Assembly (NCBI GenBank): GCA_963717145.1
Contig: OY970325.1
Location: 1,984,001-2,048,000, forward strand
Direction of reading: 5' to 3'
Origin: an uncultured Armatimonadetes bacterium
GTDB taxonomy: Bacteria > Armatimonadota > UBA5829 > DTJY01
Length of the DNA: 64,000 nucleotides
Shown here: piece after piece, positions 53,104 to 63,117 of the stretch
How positions within the stretch are numbered: position 1 is the stretch's first letter
Layout: each line of letters begins with the position of its first letter
Translations under genes and position numbers: made by a program
Notes under the pieces: model-generated
Seen by the model: the letters and a program-made list of their open reading frames with translations, nothing else
Database searches by the model: none
What the model was told of the DNA's origin: nothing

Positions 53104-54056
53104 CTAGACCGCCGGCACGGGTACTGCCGAGAGCAGCTCGGTGACGATATCTTCCTGCTTGAGCTTGTGCATTCGGGCCTCGGGTTTCAAGATCAGACGA
53201 TGTGCGAGCACCGGGATCGCCAGTGTCTTGATGTCGTCGGGCAGTACGTATTCTCTGCCGGATAGCAAGGCCAGCGATCTGGACGCATGTGACAGGTTGA
53301 TGGATCCTCGCGGGCTGGCCCCAGAGCGACACTCGGATGATTGCGAGTGGCCGTCACTATCTCCACGATGTAGTCACGGAGGGAGGCCTCCAGGAAGATG
53401 TCCTTGACTGATCTCTGGAGGTTCTGCAATTCGTCGGCGCTCAGCACCTCTCGGGCGTTCGTCAGCGGATGCTCGACCGCCTGGTTGTCCAGGATAAGAG
53501 ACTCTTCGGAGCAGTCCGGATAGCCGAGCGACATGCGTATCATGAACCGGTCGAGCTGTCCCTCGGGCAGCGGATAGGTGCCCTGATACTCGATGTTATT
53601 CTCGGTGGCGATCACGAAGAAGGGGCTTGGCAGCGGATAGCTGTTGCCATCGACTGTGACCTGCTTCTCCTCCATGCACTCGAGCAGGCTCGACTGGGCC
53701 TTCGGCGTCGCACGATTGATCTCGTCGGCCAGTACGAACTGCGCGAAGATCGGGCCGCGCCGGAACTCGAACTCGCCCGTCTTCTGGTTATAGATCGAGG
53801 TGCCGGTTATGTTGGCGGGAAGAAGGTCCGGAGTGAACTGAATGCGCTTGAAGGTGCACCCGAGCGTCCTGGCAAGCGCCTTGGCGAGAGTGGTCTTTCC
53901 CACGCCGGGCACATCCTCGATAAGAATGTGGCCGTTACATAGAATCGCGGCCAGGACCAGACGGGTCATCTCGCGCTTCCCAACGATCACGGTCTCAATC
54001 TCGTCGAGGACGAGATTGGCCTTCAGTTCCATATCCTTGAGGCACACCGATGTCAT
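53104..54056 (-). pseudogene. moxR: MoxR-family AAA ATPase, frameshifted in this sequence
   Basis: DVPGVGKT, RIQFTPDLLP, DEINRA, QLDRF; one G missing in the run at 53319-53322; the other frame continues ASPRGS...YVLPDDIK...VLAHRL...VPVPAV to a stop at 53104. Confidence 0.85.
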
Positions 54057-54174
54057 ACAATTCTCCACTCTGTCCGAAGAGGCAGGGAGCGGTTTCCAAT
54101 CTCCTGCCATACACGCCCTACTTTGTAGACTATTCACGGCGCAGTCCGGTTCCACCTTCCTGGGGAATGAGGGA

Positions 54175-54244
54175 GCGGGAATGGTTGATGGTTCATGGTT
54201 GATGCCGCATTCCCCCATTAACCATGAACCATCAACCATCCCGC
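54175..54244. repeat. Inverted heptamer tandem repeat (ATGGTTG-type)
   Basis: ATGGTTGATGGTTCATGGTTGATG...CATTAACCATGAACCATCAACCAT. Confidence 0.8.
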
Positions 54245-54325
54245 CATTCCCCCCACGTGCAGGATTTCCCGCCGGTCAACAGGAACTGCTGGAATTGAGC
54301 AGTTCTTCCCACGAAGAGGCGACCC

Positions 54326-55294
54326 ATGGCAGCCAAGACCCGAGAATTGACCTGGTCACTGAGCAAGGCTCGAATGATCGAGGAATGCCCTCGAAGGTAC
54401 TACTACCACTACTACTTCGCTCAGGCCGGCTACCACGAGGACGCGCCGGACAACTGCAGGCTCGCGCTCGAGATGAAGCGCATTCAGCACCTCGATATGT
54501 GGGTCGGCGAGGTGGTCCACACCACCATCCAATGGATTCTGGAGGAAGGCAAGAACGGCCGGCTCCCATCGGCCGACGAAGCTCGCGCGAACGTCCGCCA
54601 AAGATTGAGCAGCGGCTGGCTGGGATCCATCAAGCAGCTCTGGCGAACCAGCCGCGACGGCGAGCACCTGAACCTCTTCGAGCATTACTACAAGCTCCCC
54701 GTCGGCGATGCGTCAATCGAGCGCGTGAAGCAGAAGGCTTACACAAGCGTTCGCAGCTTTATGGACTCCGAGATCCTCCGCCGGATCGTGGAAGCGCCGG
54801 GCGACCGATGGCTTCCCATCGAGAAGTATGCTTCGTTCCGCATGGACGGTGTGCTCCTCTACGTCAAGTTCGACTTCGCACTCCGGGACGGCCCGCGGCT
54901 CACGGTCTACGACTGGAAGACCGGCAAGCCGACTCCCGAGGAGCTTCGACAGCTCACCTGTTACTCGATGTACGCCTGCGACAGGTGGAGAGTTCCGATC
55001 GAGAACACCAAGGTCTGCGCGGTCCACCTCCAGCCGGAACTCGATACGTTCGAGTACGCGATCGGCGTGCCGGAGATGGACGAGCTTCGGCAGCACATAA
55101 AGCAGAGCTTCAAGGGGATGGTGAGTTACCTCCGCAACCCGGCGCGGAATATCGCTGCGATGGATGACTTCCCGATGACCGGCAACCTCCCGCGCTGCCT
55201 GCGGTGCAACTTCAAGGGGATCTGCCCGCAGTGCGAGTTGGCTGAAGGACGCGTGTGCGACGACATCCCCATGCCGGACGACTGGGACGGGTAG
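54326..55294 (+). CDS. PD-(D/E)XK RecB/Cas4-like nuclease
   Basis: ECPRRYYY, GEVVH, KFD, YDWKTG, QLTCY, CLRCNFKGIC. Confidence 0.88.
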   Translation: MAAKTRELTWSLSKARMIEECPRRYYYHYYFAQAGYHEDAPDNCRLALEMKRIQHLDMWVGEVVHTTIQWILEEGKNGRLPSADEARANVRQRLSSGWLGSIKQLWRTSRDGEHLNLFEHYYKLPVGDASIERVKQKAYTSVRSFMDSEILRRIVEAPGDRWLPIEKYASFRMDGVLLYVKFDFALRDGPRLTVYDWKTGKPTPEELRQLTCYSMYACDRWRVPIENTKVCAVHLQPELDTFEYAIGVPEMDELRQHIKQSFKGMVSYLRNPARNIAAMDDFPMTGNLPRCLRCNFKGICPQCELAEGRVCDDIPMPDDWDG

Positions 55295-55316
55295 CCTTTC
55301 CCTCAACCGGTGATCA

Positions 55317-55412
55317 TGTAGGAGGGATTTTCCGGGATGATTGTGCCCGGTAATCCCGAGCGCGCACCTTCGGGATTACCGGGCACAATCATCCCGCAAA
55401 ATCCCTCCTACA
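55317..55412. repeat. GTAG-type REP doublet with 43-bp arms
   Basis: Arm 55317-55359 inverted at 55370-55412 with one mismatch. Confidence 0.85.
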
Positions 55413-56520
55413 ATACTTCGTCCACCGGTGTGTAGGGGAGACTGAAGAGATCGGCGATCTGCTGGAGGACAACCTTGCCCTCGACGATGTTCAGCCCGGC
55501 CTTGAGCGCGGGATACTTCTTCAACGCATCGGGGAAGCCGTCGTTGGCCAACTTCAGCACATAGGGGAGCGTCTCGTTTGTCAGCGCGTAGGTGGACGTT
55601 CCGGCAACCGCGCCCGGCATGTTCGCCACCCCGTAGTGCACCACCCCATCTACGATGTAAGTCGGATGGCTGTGCGTCGTCGGATGGATAGTTTCGATGC
55701 ATCCGCCCTGATCGACGGCCACATCCACGATCACCGCTCCGGGCTTCATGAGCTTCAACATATCCTTCGTCACAAGGAGCGGTGCGCGCGCTCCTCTAAT
55801 CAGGACCGCTCCGATCAGCAGGTCGGCATGCGGCAGCTGCTGCCGGATCGTGTAGCTGTTCGAGAACAGGGTCGTGACGTTCTTCGGCATCACGTCATCC
55901 AGGTAGCGCAGGCGTTCGAGGTCGATGTCCATGAGCGTGACGTTCGCGCCCATCCCCGCCGCGATCTTGGCGGCGTTTGCCCCGACGATCCCCGCGCCCA
56001 GGATCAGGACGTTCGCGGGCGGCACTCCCGGGACTCCGGCGAGCAGTATCCCTCTGCCCTCCATCGGTCGCTCCAGGTACTTCGCGCCCTCGTGGATCGC
56101 CATCCGACCGGCGACCTCGCTCATCGGAGTGAGAAGAGGGAGCGAGCAGTCCGGGAGTTGGATGGTCTCGTAGGCCACGCAGATCGGGCCGAGTTCGATC
56201 ATCTTCCGCGTCAACTCCTCATTCGCGGCGAAGTGGAAATATGTGAAGACGATCTGACCGCGCTTGATGAGGGGATACTCGGGCGGCAGCGGCTCTTTGA
56301 CCTTCAGGATCATGTCGGAGCGCGAATAGACCTCTTCCGGACCGTTCACGATCTCAGCGCCGGCGTGGCGATACTCCTCGTCGGCGATCTGCGTACCGAC
56401 TCCCGCCGATTGCTCGACAAGCACCGTGTGTCCGGCGCTCCGAAGCTGCTCAACGCCCGCGGGCACCAGCGCCACGCGATACTCGTTATCCTTGATCTCC
56501 CTTGGCGTGCCAACGATCAT
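55408..56520 (-). CDS. ald: Alanine dehydrogenase
   Basis: MIVGTPREIKDNEYRV, KVKEP, PMSEVAGR, DVAVDQGGC, VANMPGAV. Confidence 0.96.
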   Translation of the reverse strand: MIVGTPREIKDNEYRVALVPAGVEQLRSAGHTVLVEQSAGVGTQIADEEYRHAGAEIVNGPEEVYSRSDMILKVKEPLPPEYPLIKRGQIVFTYFHFAANEELTRKMIELGPICVAYETIQLPDCSLPLLTPMSEVAGRMAIHEGAKYLERPMEGRGILLAGVPGVPPANVLILGAGIVGANAAKIAAGMGANVTLMDIDLERLRYLDDVMPKNVTTLFSNSYTIRQQLPHADLLIGAVLIRGARAPLLVTKDMLKLMKPGAVIVDVAVDQGGCIETIHPTTHSHPTYIVDGVVHYGVANMPGAVAGTSTYALTNETLPYVLKLANDGFPDALKKYPALKAGLNIVEGKVVLQQIADLFSLPYTPVDEVL

Positions 56521-56690
56521 CCCAAGTGCCTCCTGGTCACCGCCCTCATATTCTACTATACACTCGGAAATCCTGCGGCGGCATGACGGGCATGGACACC
56601 AAGTCCCGCCGTTTCCTTCATGAGCACGACTGGGTACAGACATCGCAGAAGACCCAGGCAAACGGCCGGGAAACTACGGAGGAACGAACC

Positions 56691-57470
56691 ATGGAGAGGA
56701 TACAGCGCTTCGTACTGGTGCTGGTGACCGCGGCGACCGCATTGAGCTTGGTCAGTTGCGGGGGAGGCAACCCGAACAACAGTCTGGTGACGCTCGATAT
56801 CAAGAACCTGCCTCCCATCTCGAACCCTAGTTTCGTTTACACGGCATGGGTCAGGCAGTCTGGTAAGGTATCCAAGCTCGATTCCTTCAACACTCAGTCG
56901 GACGGAAGCCTGCGACTCAGCCGCTTCTCGCTGCTGAAGACGCTCGGCACGGGTGACGACGTGTTCATCACCATCGAGCCGAACCCGTCTCCGGACACGA
57001 CCATTCCGTCGCATACCGTGGCCCTGACCGGGACGATCGCGGGCAATACGGCCGTTCTGCTCTTTCCCGCCATTCAGAGCCTTGCCAATACCACGGGGTT
57101 CGCCACAGTGAGCGGCGCGGGGAACAGACAGCTTTTCACGGAGTTCCTCCAATTGCCTGATCTGGAGGCCGCAGACTTCATCTACCAGGGATGGGTGCAG
57201 GTCGGCCCGGCGCCGCCCGTTCCGCTTCAGAAGTTCGACTTCAGCCAGATACCCGTATCCGATACGGTCGTCTTCGACCTCACGAACGCTCGATACTTCC
57301 TGACGGCCGAGCCTGTGCCTGATCCGGACCCGAACGTGCCGTTCAGCGTCGAGCCGCTGTTCACGAACGGACTGCTGCAGGCATTGATCCGCCAGCCGCT
57401 GACGCGATCATCGCTCGTTCCAGACACGCCGGATTTCAACTTCCCGAGCGCAGCGGCAACCGTGCAGTAG
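56691..57470 (+). CDS. Putative lipoprotein with an internal duplication
   Basis: GGAGG RBS; lipobox LVSC; repeated YxxWV...TxEP.P.PD units. Confidence 0.75.
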   Translation: MERIQRFVLVLVTAATALSLVSCGGGNPNNSLVTLDIKNLPPISNPSFVYTAWVRQSGKVSKLDSFNTQSDGSLRLSRFSLLKTLGTGDDVFITIEPNPSPDTTIPSHTVALTGTIAGNTAVLLFPAIQSLANTTGFATVSGAGNRQLFTEFLQLPDLEAADFIYQGWVQVGPAPPVPLQKFDFSQIPVSDTVVFDLTNARYFLTAEPVPDPDPNVPFSVEPLFTNGLLQALIRQPLTRSSLVPDTPDFNFPSAAATVQ

Positions 57471-57474
57471 GCGG

Positions 57475-57611
57475 ATGGTCGATGGTTGATGAGGGGCCAC
57501 GATGTTGGTTCTGGAGTTGGACTCCAGAACCCCGAACGGCACAGGGTTCTGGAGTCCAACTCCAGAACCAACATCAGGAATCCGGCCCGCCATTAGCCAT
57601 CAACCATTCCC
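57475..57611. repeat. Heptamer inverted repeat enclosing a perfect 32-bp inverted repeat
   Basis: 57501-57532 and 57544-57575 are exact reverse complements, flanked by ATGGTCGATGGTTGATG and CATTAGCCATCAACCAT. Confidence 0.85.
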
Positions 57612-58557
57612 TATCCCCCATCTCCGCCAGGTGGACTGCGCCGACGATTCCGGCCTGATCGCCGAGCGCGGCGGGGATGATCTCGGCATCATCCGCAAGT
57701 TGCGTCATGGCGCGTTCTTGGACCGTCTGTCTGATCCTTCGGAGGAGCAGGTCGCCCGCGCCGGCGATCACTCCGCCGCCCAGGATCACCATCTGCGGGT
57801 TCAGGATGCTGACCACGTTCGCCACCCCGAGGCCGAGATACTCCCCCGTCTCAGACATGATGCTTACCGCGAACGGATCCTCCTCGCGTGCGGCTTGGGC
57901 GACGTGCTCAGCGGTGATTCTCTCCGAGTCGCCGGCGAATCGGAGGATCAGGCTCTCCGGGCAGTGGGTGACCCGTTCTCGGGCGATACGGGCGATGGAC
58001 GTCCCTGACGCAAGGGATTCGAGGCATCCGTGCCTCCCGCAGAGACATGGCGGGCCGTCGGGGAGGATGACCTGATGGCCGAACTCGCCGGCATTTCCGC
58101 AGCCGCGGTAGACCTTGCCGTCGATGATGATCCCGCCACCGATCCCCGTGCCGATGTTGAAGTACGCGAAGTGATCGACGCCTCTACCCGCGCCTTCGCG
58201 GGCCTCACCGAGGGCCGCAAGTGTCACGTCGTTGTCGAGGTAGACGGCGGCGTTGAACGCCTTGCGGAAGTGCTCCGATAGTGGGAGATCGTCCCAACCC
58301 GGGAGGTTCGGCGCGGTGAGTATGACGCCTCGCTCACGGTCGATCGGGCCGCCGCAGCCGATGCCTATCGCCTTGATGTGGTCGGTTTGCGTCTCATCCC
58401 TCAGTCGCCGGAGCGCGGACTCGATCTCGGCCAAGACGACGGCCGGACCCTGATCCCGGGGCGTGTCGATCCTCGTCTGAGCGATGATCCGCCCACCATC
58501 ATCCGCGACGGCGACAATCGTCTTCGTCCCACCTATGTCTACCCCGAGAACCGGCAT
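57574..58557 (-). CDS. ROK-family sugar kinase (glucokinase-like)
   Basis: GVDIGGT, DND, GTGIGGG, GEFGH, CLCGRHGCLE. Confidence 0.93.
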   Translation of the reverse strand: MPVLGVDIGGTKTIVAVADDGGRIIAQTRIDTPRDQGPAVVLAEIESALRRLRDETQTDHIKAIGIGCGGPIDRERGVILTAPNLPGWDDLPLSEHFRKAFNAAVYLDNDVTLAALGEAREGAGRGVDHFAYFNIGTGIGGGIIIDGKVYRGCGNAGEFGHQVILPDGPPCLCGRHGCLESLASGTSIARIARERVTHCPESLILRFAGDSERITAEHVAQAAREEDPFAVSIMSETGEYLGLGVANVVSILNPQMVILGGGVIAGAGDLLLRRIRQTVQERAMTQLADDAEIIPAALGDQAGIVGAVHLAEMGDREWLMANGGPDS

Positions 58558-58685
58558 GCAAGCTCCCTGCTCCTACTCATACTCAGCCGGGCGAAGCATT
58601 GGCGATTCTCCAGCCAGCCCGGTGCAGTCCGATTGGCCAATGCTTCGCCCCTACACGATCAATCCGATGGGCCGATGCTTCGCCG

Positions 58686-60218
58686 TTACCCTGCCACGAT
58701 GTCCGACACCGCCGTGAACTGGTCCTTGAGCGCCGGATAGAGCGCGCGGTAGACGGAGTAGTACCGATCGTAGACCGCTCCGGTCCGCGCATCAGGCTTG
58801 GTCGTCGAAACAACACCGATCGTGCTCCGGCAGGCTTCCTCTACGCTCGGGTAGACGCCCGTGCCGACGCCCGCGAGGAGCGCCACCCCGAACGCCGGGC
58901 CTTCCTCGATGTTGATCATCACGTGCTCGTGACCGGTGACGTCGGCCTGAATCTGTCGCCAGACTCCACTCCGAGCGCCGCCGCCTGATGCGCGTACCTG
59001 GGAGATCGGAACGCCCATCTCCCTGAAGATCTCGAACGAGTCGCGCAGGCCGTATGCGACGCCCTCATACACCGAACGGACGAAATGCCGTTTGTCGTGC
59101 CGGAGCGTGATGCCGACGAATGCGCCTCGCGCGTTCGGATCGGGATATGGGGTCCGCTCGCCGGTGAGATATGGCAAGAAGACGAGTCCCTCGCAGCCCG
59201 CCTCGACCTCGGCCACCTGATCGGACAGGATGTCGTAGACCTCCGATCCGGCCGCCTGGGCCTCCTCCATCTCCGCCTGGGCGAATGTGTCTCTGTACCA
59301 CCGAAGCGATCCGCCGGCCGAGAGCATCACTCCCATCACGTGCCACTTCCCGGGAACTGCGTGGCAGAATGTGTGGACTCGCAGCCCCGGATCGACCACC
59401 GGCTTGTCAGCGAAGGCGAATACGACGCCTGAAGTACCGACAGTCGAGGAGACGATCCCCGTCTCGACCACGCCGTTCCCGACCGCCCCTGCCGCCTGAT
59501 CGCCTCCACCGCCGACGACCGGCGTTCCGGCCTTGAGACCTGTCAAAGAAGCGGTTTCCTCGGTGATCCGTCCGCTGATCTCGGGCGACTCGTAGGCCCT
59601 CGGCATCCAGTCCTGAGGGATCCCGGCCCCGTCGAGCATCTCATCGGCCCATTGGCGCTTCGTGACGTTGAAGAGCGACGTCCCTGAGGCATCGGAGACC
59701 TCGGTCGCGAACTCGCCGGTCAGCCTCAATCGGATATAGTCCTTCGGGAGCAGCACCTTGCGCGTCCTGGCATAGGCATCCGGCTCGTTGTTCCTCAGCC
59801 ACACGATCTTCGGCGCGGTGAAGCCGGTCAGGACCGGGTTGCTGGTCAGCTCGACGACCCTGTCCCTGCCGATCCGCTCTGTGATCCAATCACACTCAGC
59901 GCCGGTCCGCTGGTCGCACCAGAGGATGCTCGGCCGGATCACCTGATTGCGCTCGTCGAGGAATACCGCGCCGTGCATCTGACCCGAAAGGCCGATGCCC
60001 CGGATCTCGGCGGGTGATATGCCGGATTCCGTCAGGACCGTGCGGATGGTGGATACGGTGGCCTGCCACCAGTCCTCGGGCTACTGCTCGGCCCAAAGAG
60101 GTTTCGGAGTGCTGAGAGGATAGGTGTCTGTGGCAGAAGCGATCGTCTTGCCGGATTCATCGATGAGGAGAGTCTTGGTACCGCTTGTACCGATGTCGAT
60201 CCCGAGCAGATATGACAT
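58686..60218 (-). pseudogene. xylB: Xylulokinase with an in-frame TAG at codon 46
   Basis: MSYLLGIDIGTSGTK...WAEQ*PEDWWQA...SGQMHG continues in the same frame; GGGDQAAGA, GGGARS. Confidence 0.88.
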
Positions 60219-60230
60219 GATGCCCCTTTC

Positions 60231-60306
60231 GGGGAATGGTTGATGGTCGATGGTTAATGGGCGGATCTGCTCATCGACCATTAACCATCAGCCATCAACC
60301 ATTCCC
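60231..60306. repeat. Inverted heptamer tandem repeat
   Basis: GGGAATGGTTGATGGTCGATGGTTAATG...CATTAACCATCAGCCATCAACCATTCCC. Confidence 0.8.
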
Positions 60307-60310
60307 TTGC

Positions 60311-60709
60311 CTACATTTGGGTCTTCGCCCATTCCACTATTGTGCCGGCGGCGCGGAGATGGACCTGCGCAGATTCCTGATCGTACATTTGCGCCGGGAC
60401 ACCGTCTACGGCGTCCGGATTCCGAGTCGCCAGAAACTCCACATTGAGTTCGGCGGCGGCATTCATCACGTCGATCGGCGCGCTGAGAGCGTTAGCCATC
60501 TGGATAAGGTGGTGGCCTCTGTGGTTCCTCTGGAGTTTGCTGATCGTGGCCGATTTGAGCGCCTTCTCAGCGGCTTGCTGGCTGAAGAAGACACTGGCAT
60601 AGTAGACGCCGCCGTCGAGCAGAGTGATCGCGGTGGCGTAGTCCGCGCGCGCCTGTGTCCAGAATGCCTGCTCCAGCTTTCTGAGCGCCAGCCAACCTTC
60701 TCGTTCCAA
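60311..60709 (-). CDS. HEPN domain protein
   Basis: QARADY..A, FFSQQAAEKALK, GHHL, TRNPD. Confidence 0.85.
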   Translation of the reverse strand: MEREGWLALRKLEQAFWTQARADYATAITLLDGGVYYASVFFSQQAAEKALKSATISKLQRNHRGHHLIQMANALSAPIDVMNAAAELNVEFLATRNPDAVDGVPAQMYDQESAQVHLRAAGTIVEWAKTQM

Positions 60710-60729
60710 CTACAATAGTCCTTCTCTTC

Positions 60730-60794
60730 GTAGTGGCCGTGCCTCTGTGCCAGCCATATCACATAAATGGCCGGCACAGAGGCACGGCCACTAC
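60730..60794. repeat. GTAG-type REP doublet
   Basis: GTAGTGGCCGTGCCTCTGTGCCAGCCAT...ATGGCCGGCACAGAGGCACGGCCACTAC. Confidence 0.85.
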
Positions 60795-60924
60795 TTGTGA
60801 CGCCCACTTATAGCACAAAAGGGATGCCGCTGCAAGCATCCCGCCCACGAAGACAGGCGGCGCACCCTCTGCCTTGTCCAAAGCTGAGTACGCCGCCCAT
60901 GTATCGCTATTGGGTTATGTCAGG

Positions 60925-61329
60925 CTAACCAGGCACACTCGGTGTAGGCCTCGCCATGGGCAGGGCCTCCCTCGCGTTCCTGAGCCAGATGCTGGTCAAC
61001 TTCGAGACCGACATGCTGTTCGCGCGAGCGTCACCAGGGGTGACGGTAATCAGCGCGCTCCGGCCAACCATTATGACCATGCTGTCGCCTTCTCGGACAG
61101 CCTTTATCGAACCGGCATTCAGCGGCTCGTAGCCAAGAATGTATGCCAGTCGCTCGTTCACCTGGTTGATCCGATCCTGAGCCGTCATGTCACCATACCC
61201 GACCCGGGCAACAGCGATCAACTCGTTCGCGACGACAACCTTCTCACTCATTGTGAAAGCGCCCGCGAACGACGCTAACAGAGCCACTAACGCCGTTGCT
61301 ACAACAGCGGTTACGACTAATCTCTTCAT
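60925..61329 (-). CDS. Small secreted hypothetical protein
   Basis: AGGAGG RBS, signal peptide MKRLVVTAVV. Confidence 0.75.
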   Translation of the reverse strand: MKRLVVTAVVATALVALLASFAGAFTMSEKVVVANELIAVARVGYGDMTAQDRINQVNERLAYILGYEPLNAGSIKAVREGDSMVIMVGRSALITVTPGDARANSMSVSKLTSIWLRNAREALPMARPTPSVPG

Positions 61330-61432
61330 GGGATACACCTCCTGATAGTCTTTTAGACTTTCGTCCAAGGAGCCCATACCCCATAACGAGGCACCGGCAA
61401 ACCTCATCAGTAGGTTCATTCAGGGGATTGCT

Positions 61433-62887
61433 CTACTGGTTCGCGGCACGCCATGCGGCGAGTGCGCCCAGTCGGGCAGCAGATTCCAGCACCTTGCGGT
61501 TGATGGTATCGGGGGTATCCCGAGTGGTGTGGTAGTACGGATGCTCTCCGGCGGCGAAGATCAGGGAACTCGGCACCTTCTTGCGAACAAACGCGAGGTG
61601 GTCGCTGGCGCCGAGGGCGGCGTCGGTCTTCAGCTTGATACCGAGATCGTCGGCGCTGCTCGACAGGTGAGCGTGGTGTGCGGGGTACGCAGATGCGCCG
61701 GTGGTCATGAACGAATCGGGTGTTCCAGCGCCGACCATGTCGAACTCGATGTTCGAAACGATGCTCTCCAACGGGAACGGCGGATCAGCCGCGAAATGGT
61801 TGGAGCCGACAAGCCCCGACTCTTCGCCCGTCCAAGATGCGAATACGATCGTGCGCCTGGGAGTATGGCCCGATTCCATAATGCTGCGAGCGATTTCCAG
61901 CGTCACAGACGTGCCGGAAGCATTGTCATCCGCCCCGCGGTACACCTTCCCACCGGATGTTGTGCCAAGATGGTCATAGTGTCCGCCGACGAGCACGACC
62001 TCGTCCGCGACTTCGGGATCGCTGCCCGGGATCATGCCGAGGATGTTGCAGGTCGGGCGGTTCGGATCGCACACCGGCGTCACCTTGAGTTCGACACTCG
62101 CACCTATGTCGCCCGGCTTGACCCCGCCGGTCTTCAATCCGTGCAGTGGAAAGAGATCGGCGGCGACTTTGTCATCAACGGCGAGAAGCGGGAAATCCGC
62201 GATCGCGCCCGCAAGGCCGACATTCGTGCCCCATACATCCTTGATGCCCGCGGGCTTGCACATCAGACACGCCACTGCCCCACGCTGATACGCGTTTGCC
62301 ATCTTGTGCGCGGCGGTGGTGCCTTTCGTGAGGTTGAGCCCATCAGGCTGCCCGGCGAGCCACAGGACGATCTTCCCGTTCACGTCGAGGCCGACGTAAT
62401 CGTCGTAACCTGCGGCCGGCTCATGGATCCCGTATCCGACGAACACGATCTCCGTCCGGAGGTCGAGCCCACCGTTACCGTGATAGCTGCTGTAAGCAAA
62501 TGCCTTTGTCGTAAGGGACGGACCCGAGGGATAGATCAGCGTCGCCTTGATGTCGTCCTTCGAGCCGATGAGCGTATATCGCATCGTGAGCGGCTGCTTG
62601 AAGCCCGCGAGGGACTCATTCCTGAGCGCCGAAAGCCCACAGTGCTCGAACTGCGCTGCCATATAGTCAGCGGCCGCGCACTGCTCCGGACTGCCGGCTC
62701 TGCGGCCTGCGAACTGATCGCTGCACAGTGTCTCCAGGGTAGACATCATGCGGCTGACGCTGATGCCGTCGAGAAGCGTCTGTTCGTGCGGAGTGATCCC
62801 GGCCCGCGCAGAGGTGGCGAGAGTCAGCATCATCGCTGCCATGAGCACAACCGTGCTCCGAAGGTACCTGAATGAGTGCCCGTACAT
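61433..62887 (-). CDS. M28-family peptidase with a PA domain
   Basis: GGHYDHLG, GADDNASG, GEESGLVGS, DMVG, SDH, YHT..D. Confidence 0.92.
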   Translation of the reverse strand: MYGHSFRYLRSTVVLMAAMMLTLATSARAGITPHEQTLLDGISVSRMMSTLETLCSDQFAGRRAGSPEQCAAADYMAAQFEHCGLSALRNESLAGFKQPLTMRYTLIGSKDDIKATLIYPSGPSLTTKAFAYSSYHGNGGLDLRTEIVFVGYGIHEPAAGYDDYVGLDVNGKIVLWLAGQPDGLNLTKGTTAAHKMANAYQRGAVACLMCKPAGIKDVWGTNVGLAGAIADFPLLAVDDKVAADLFPLHGLKTGGVKPGDIGASVELKVTPVCDPNRPTCNILGMIPGSDPEVADEVVLVGGHYDHLGTTSGGKVYRGADDNASGTSVTLEIARSIMESGHTPRRTIVFASWTGEESGLVGSNHFAADPPFPLESIVSNIEFDMVGAGTPDSFMTTGASAYPAHHAHLSSSADDLGIKLKTDAALGASDHLAFVRKKVPSSLIFAAGEHPYYHTTRDTPDTINRKVLESAARLGALAAWRAANQ

Positions 62888-63117
62888 ATGCGAACTGCCT
62901 TCCAGTCCCGGTCAGCGCCGGGTCGAATTCAGTCTAGCTCATCAGTCAAGAGCTGTCAAGCACAATAATGCGGAGATTGTCACGAAGGAATGCTGCCAGG
63001 CGGATGTTGCCAGAGGGTTTATTCCATATTTGACGTTCAAAAGGCCGCGACTTCGGCGGGGAACCGAATTCGCGGCCTGCAGCGGAAAAGACGTATGTAG
63101 AGTTGATCGCAGATGAT

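Noticed and set aside
53042-53332. 96-aa ORF after moxR
   Set aside because: Wrong frame; the true moxR tail ends at 53104.
54326-55294. CRISPR-Cas locus suggested by the Cas4-like nuclease
   Set aside because: No repeat-spacer array or other cas genes; nearby repeats are inverted palindromes.
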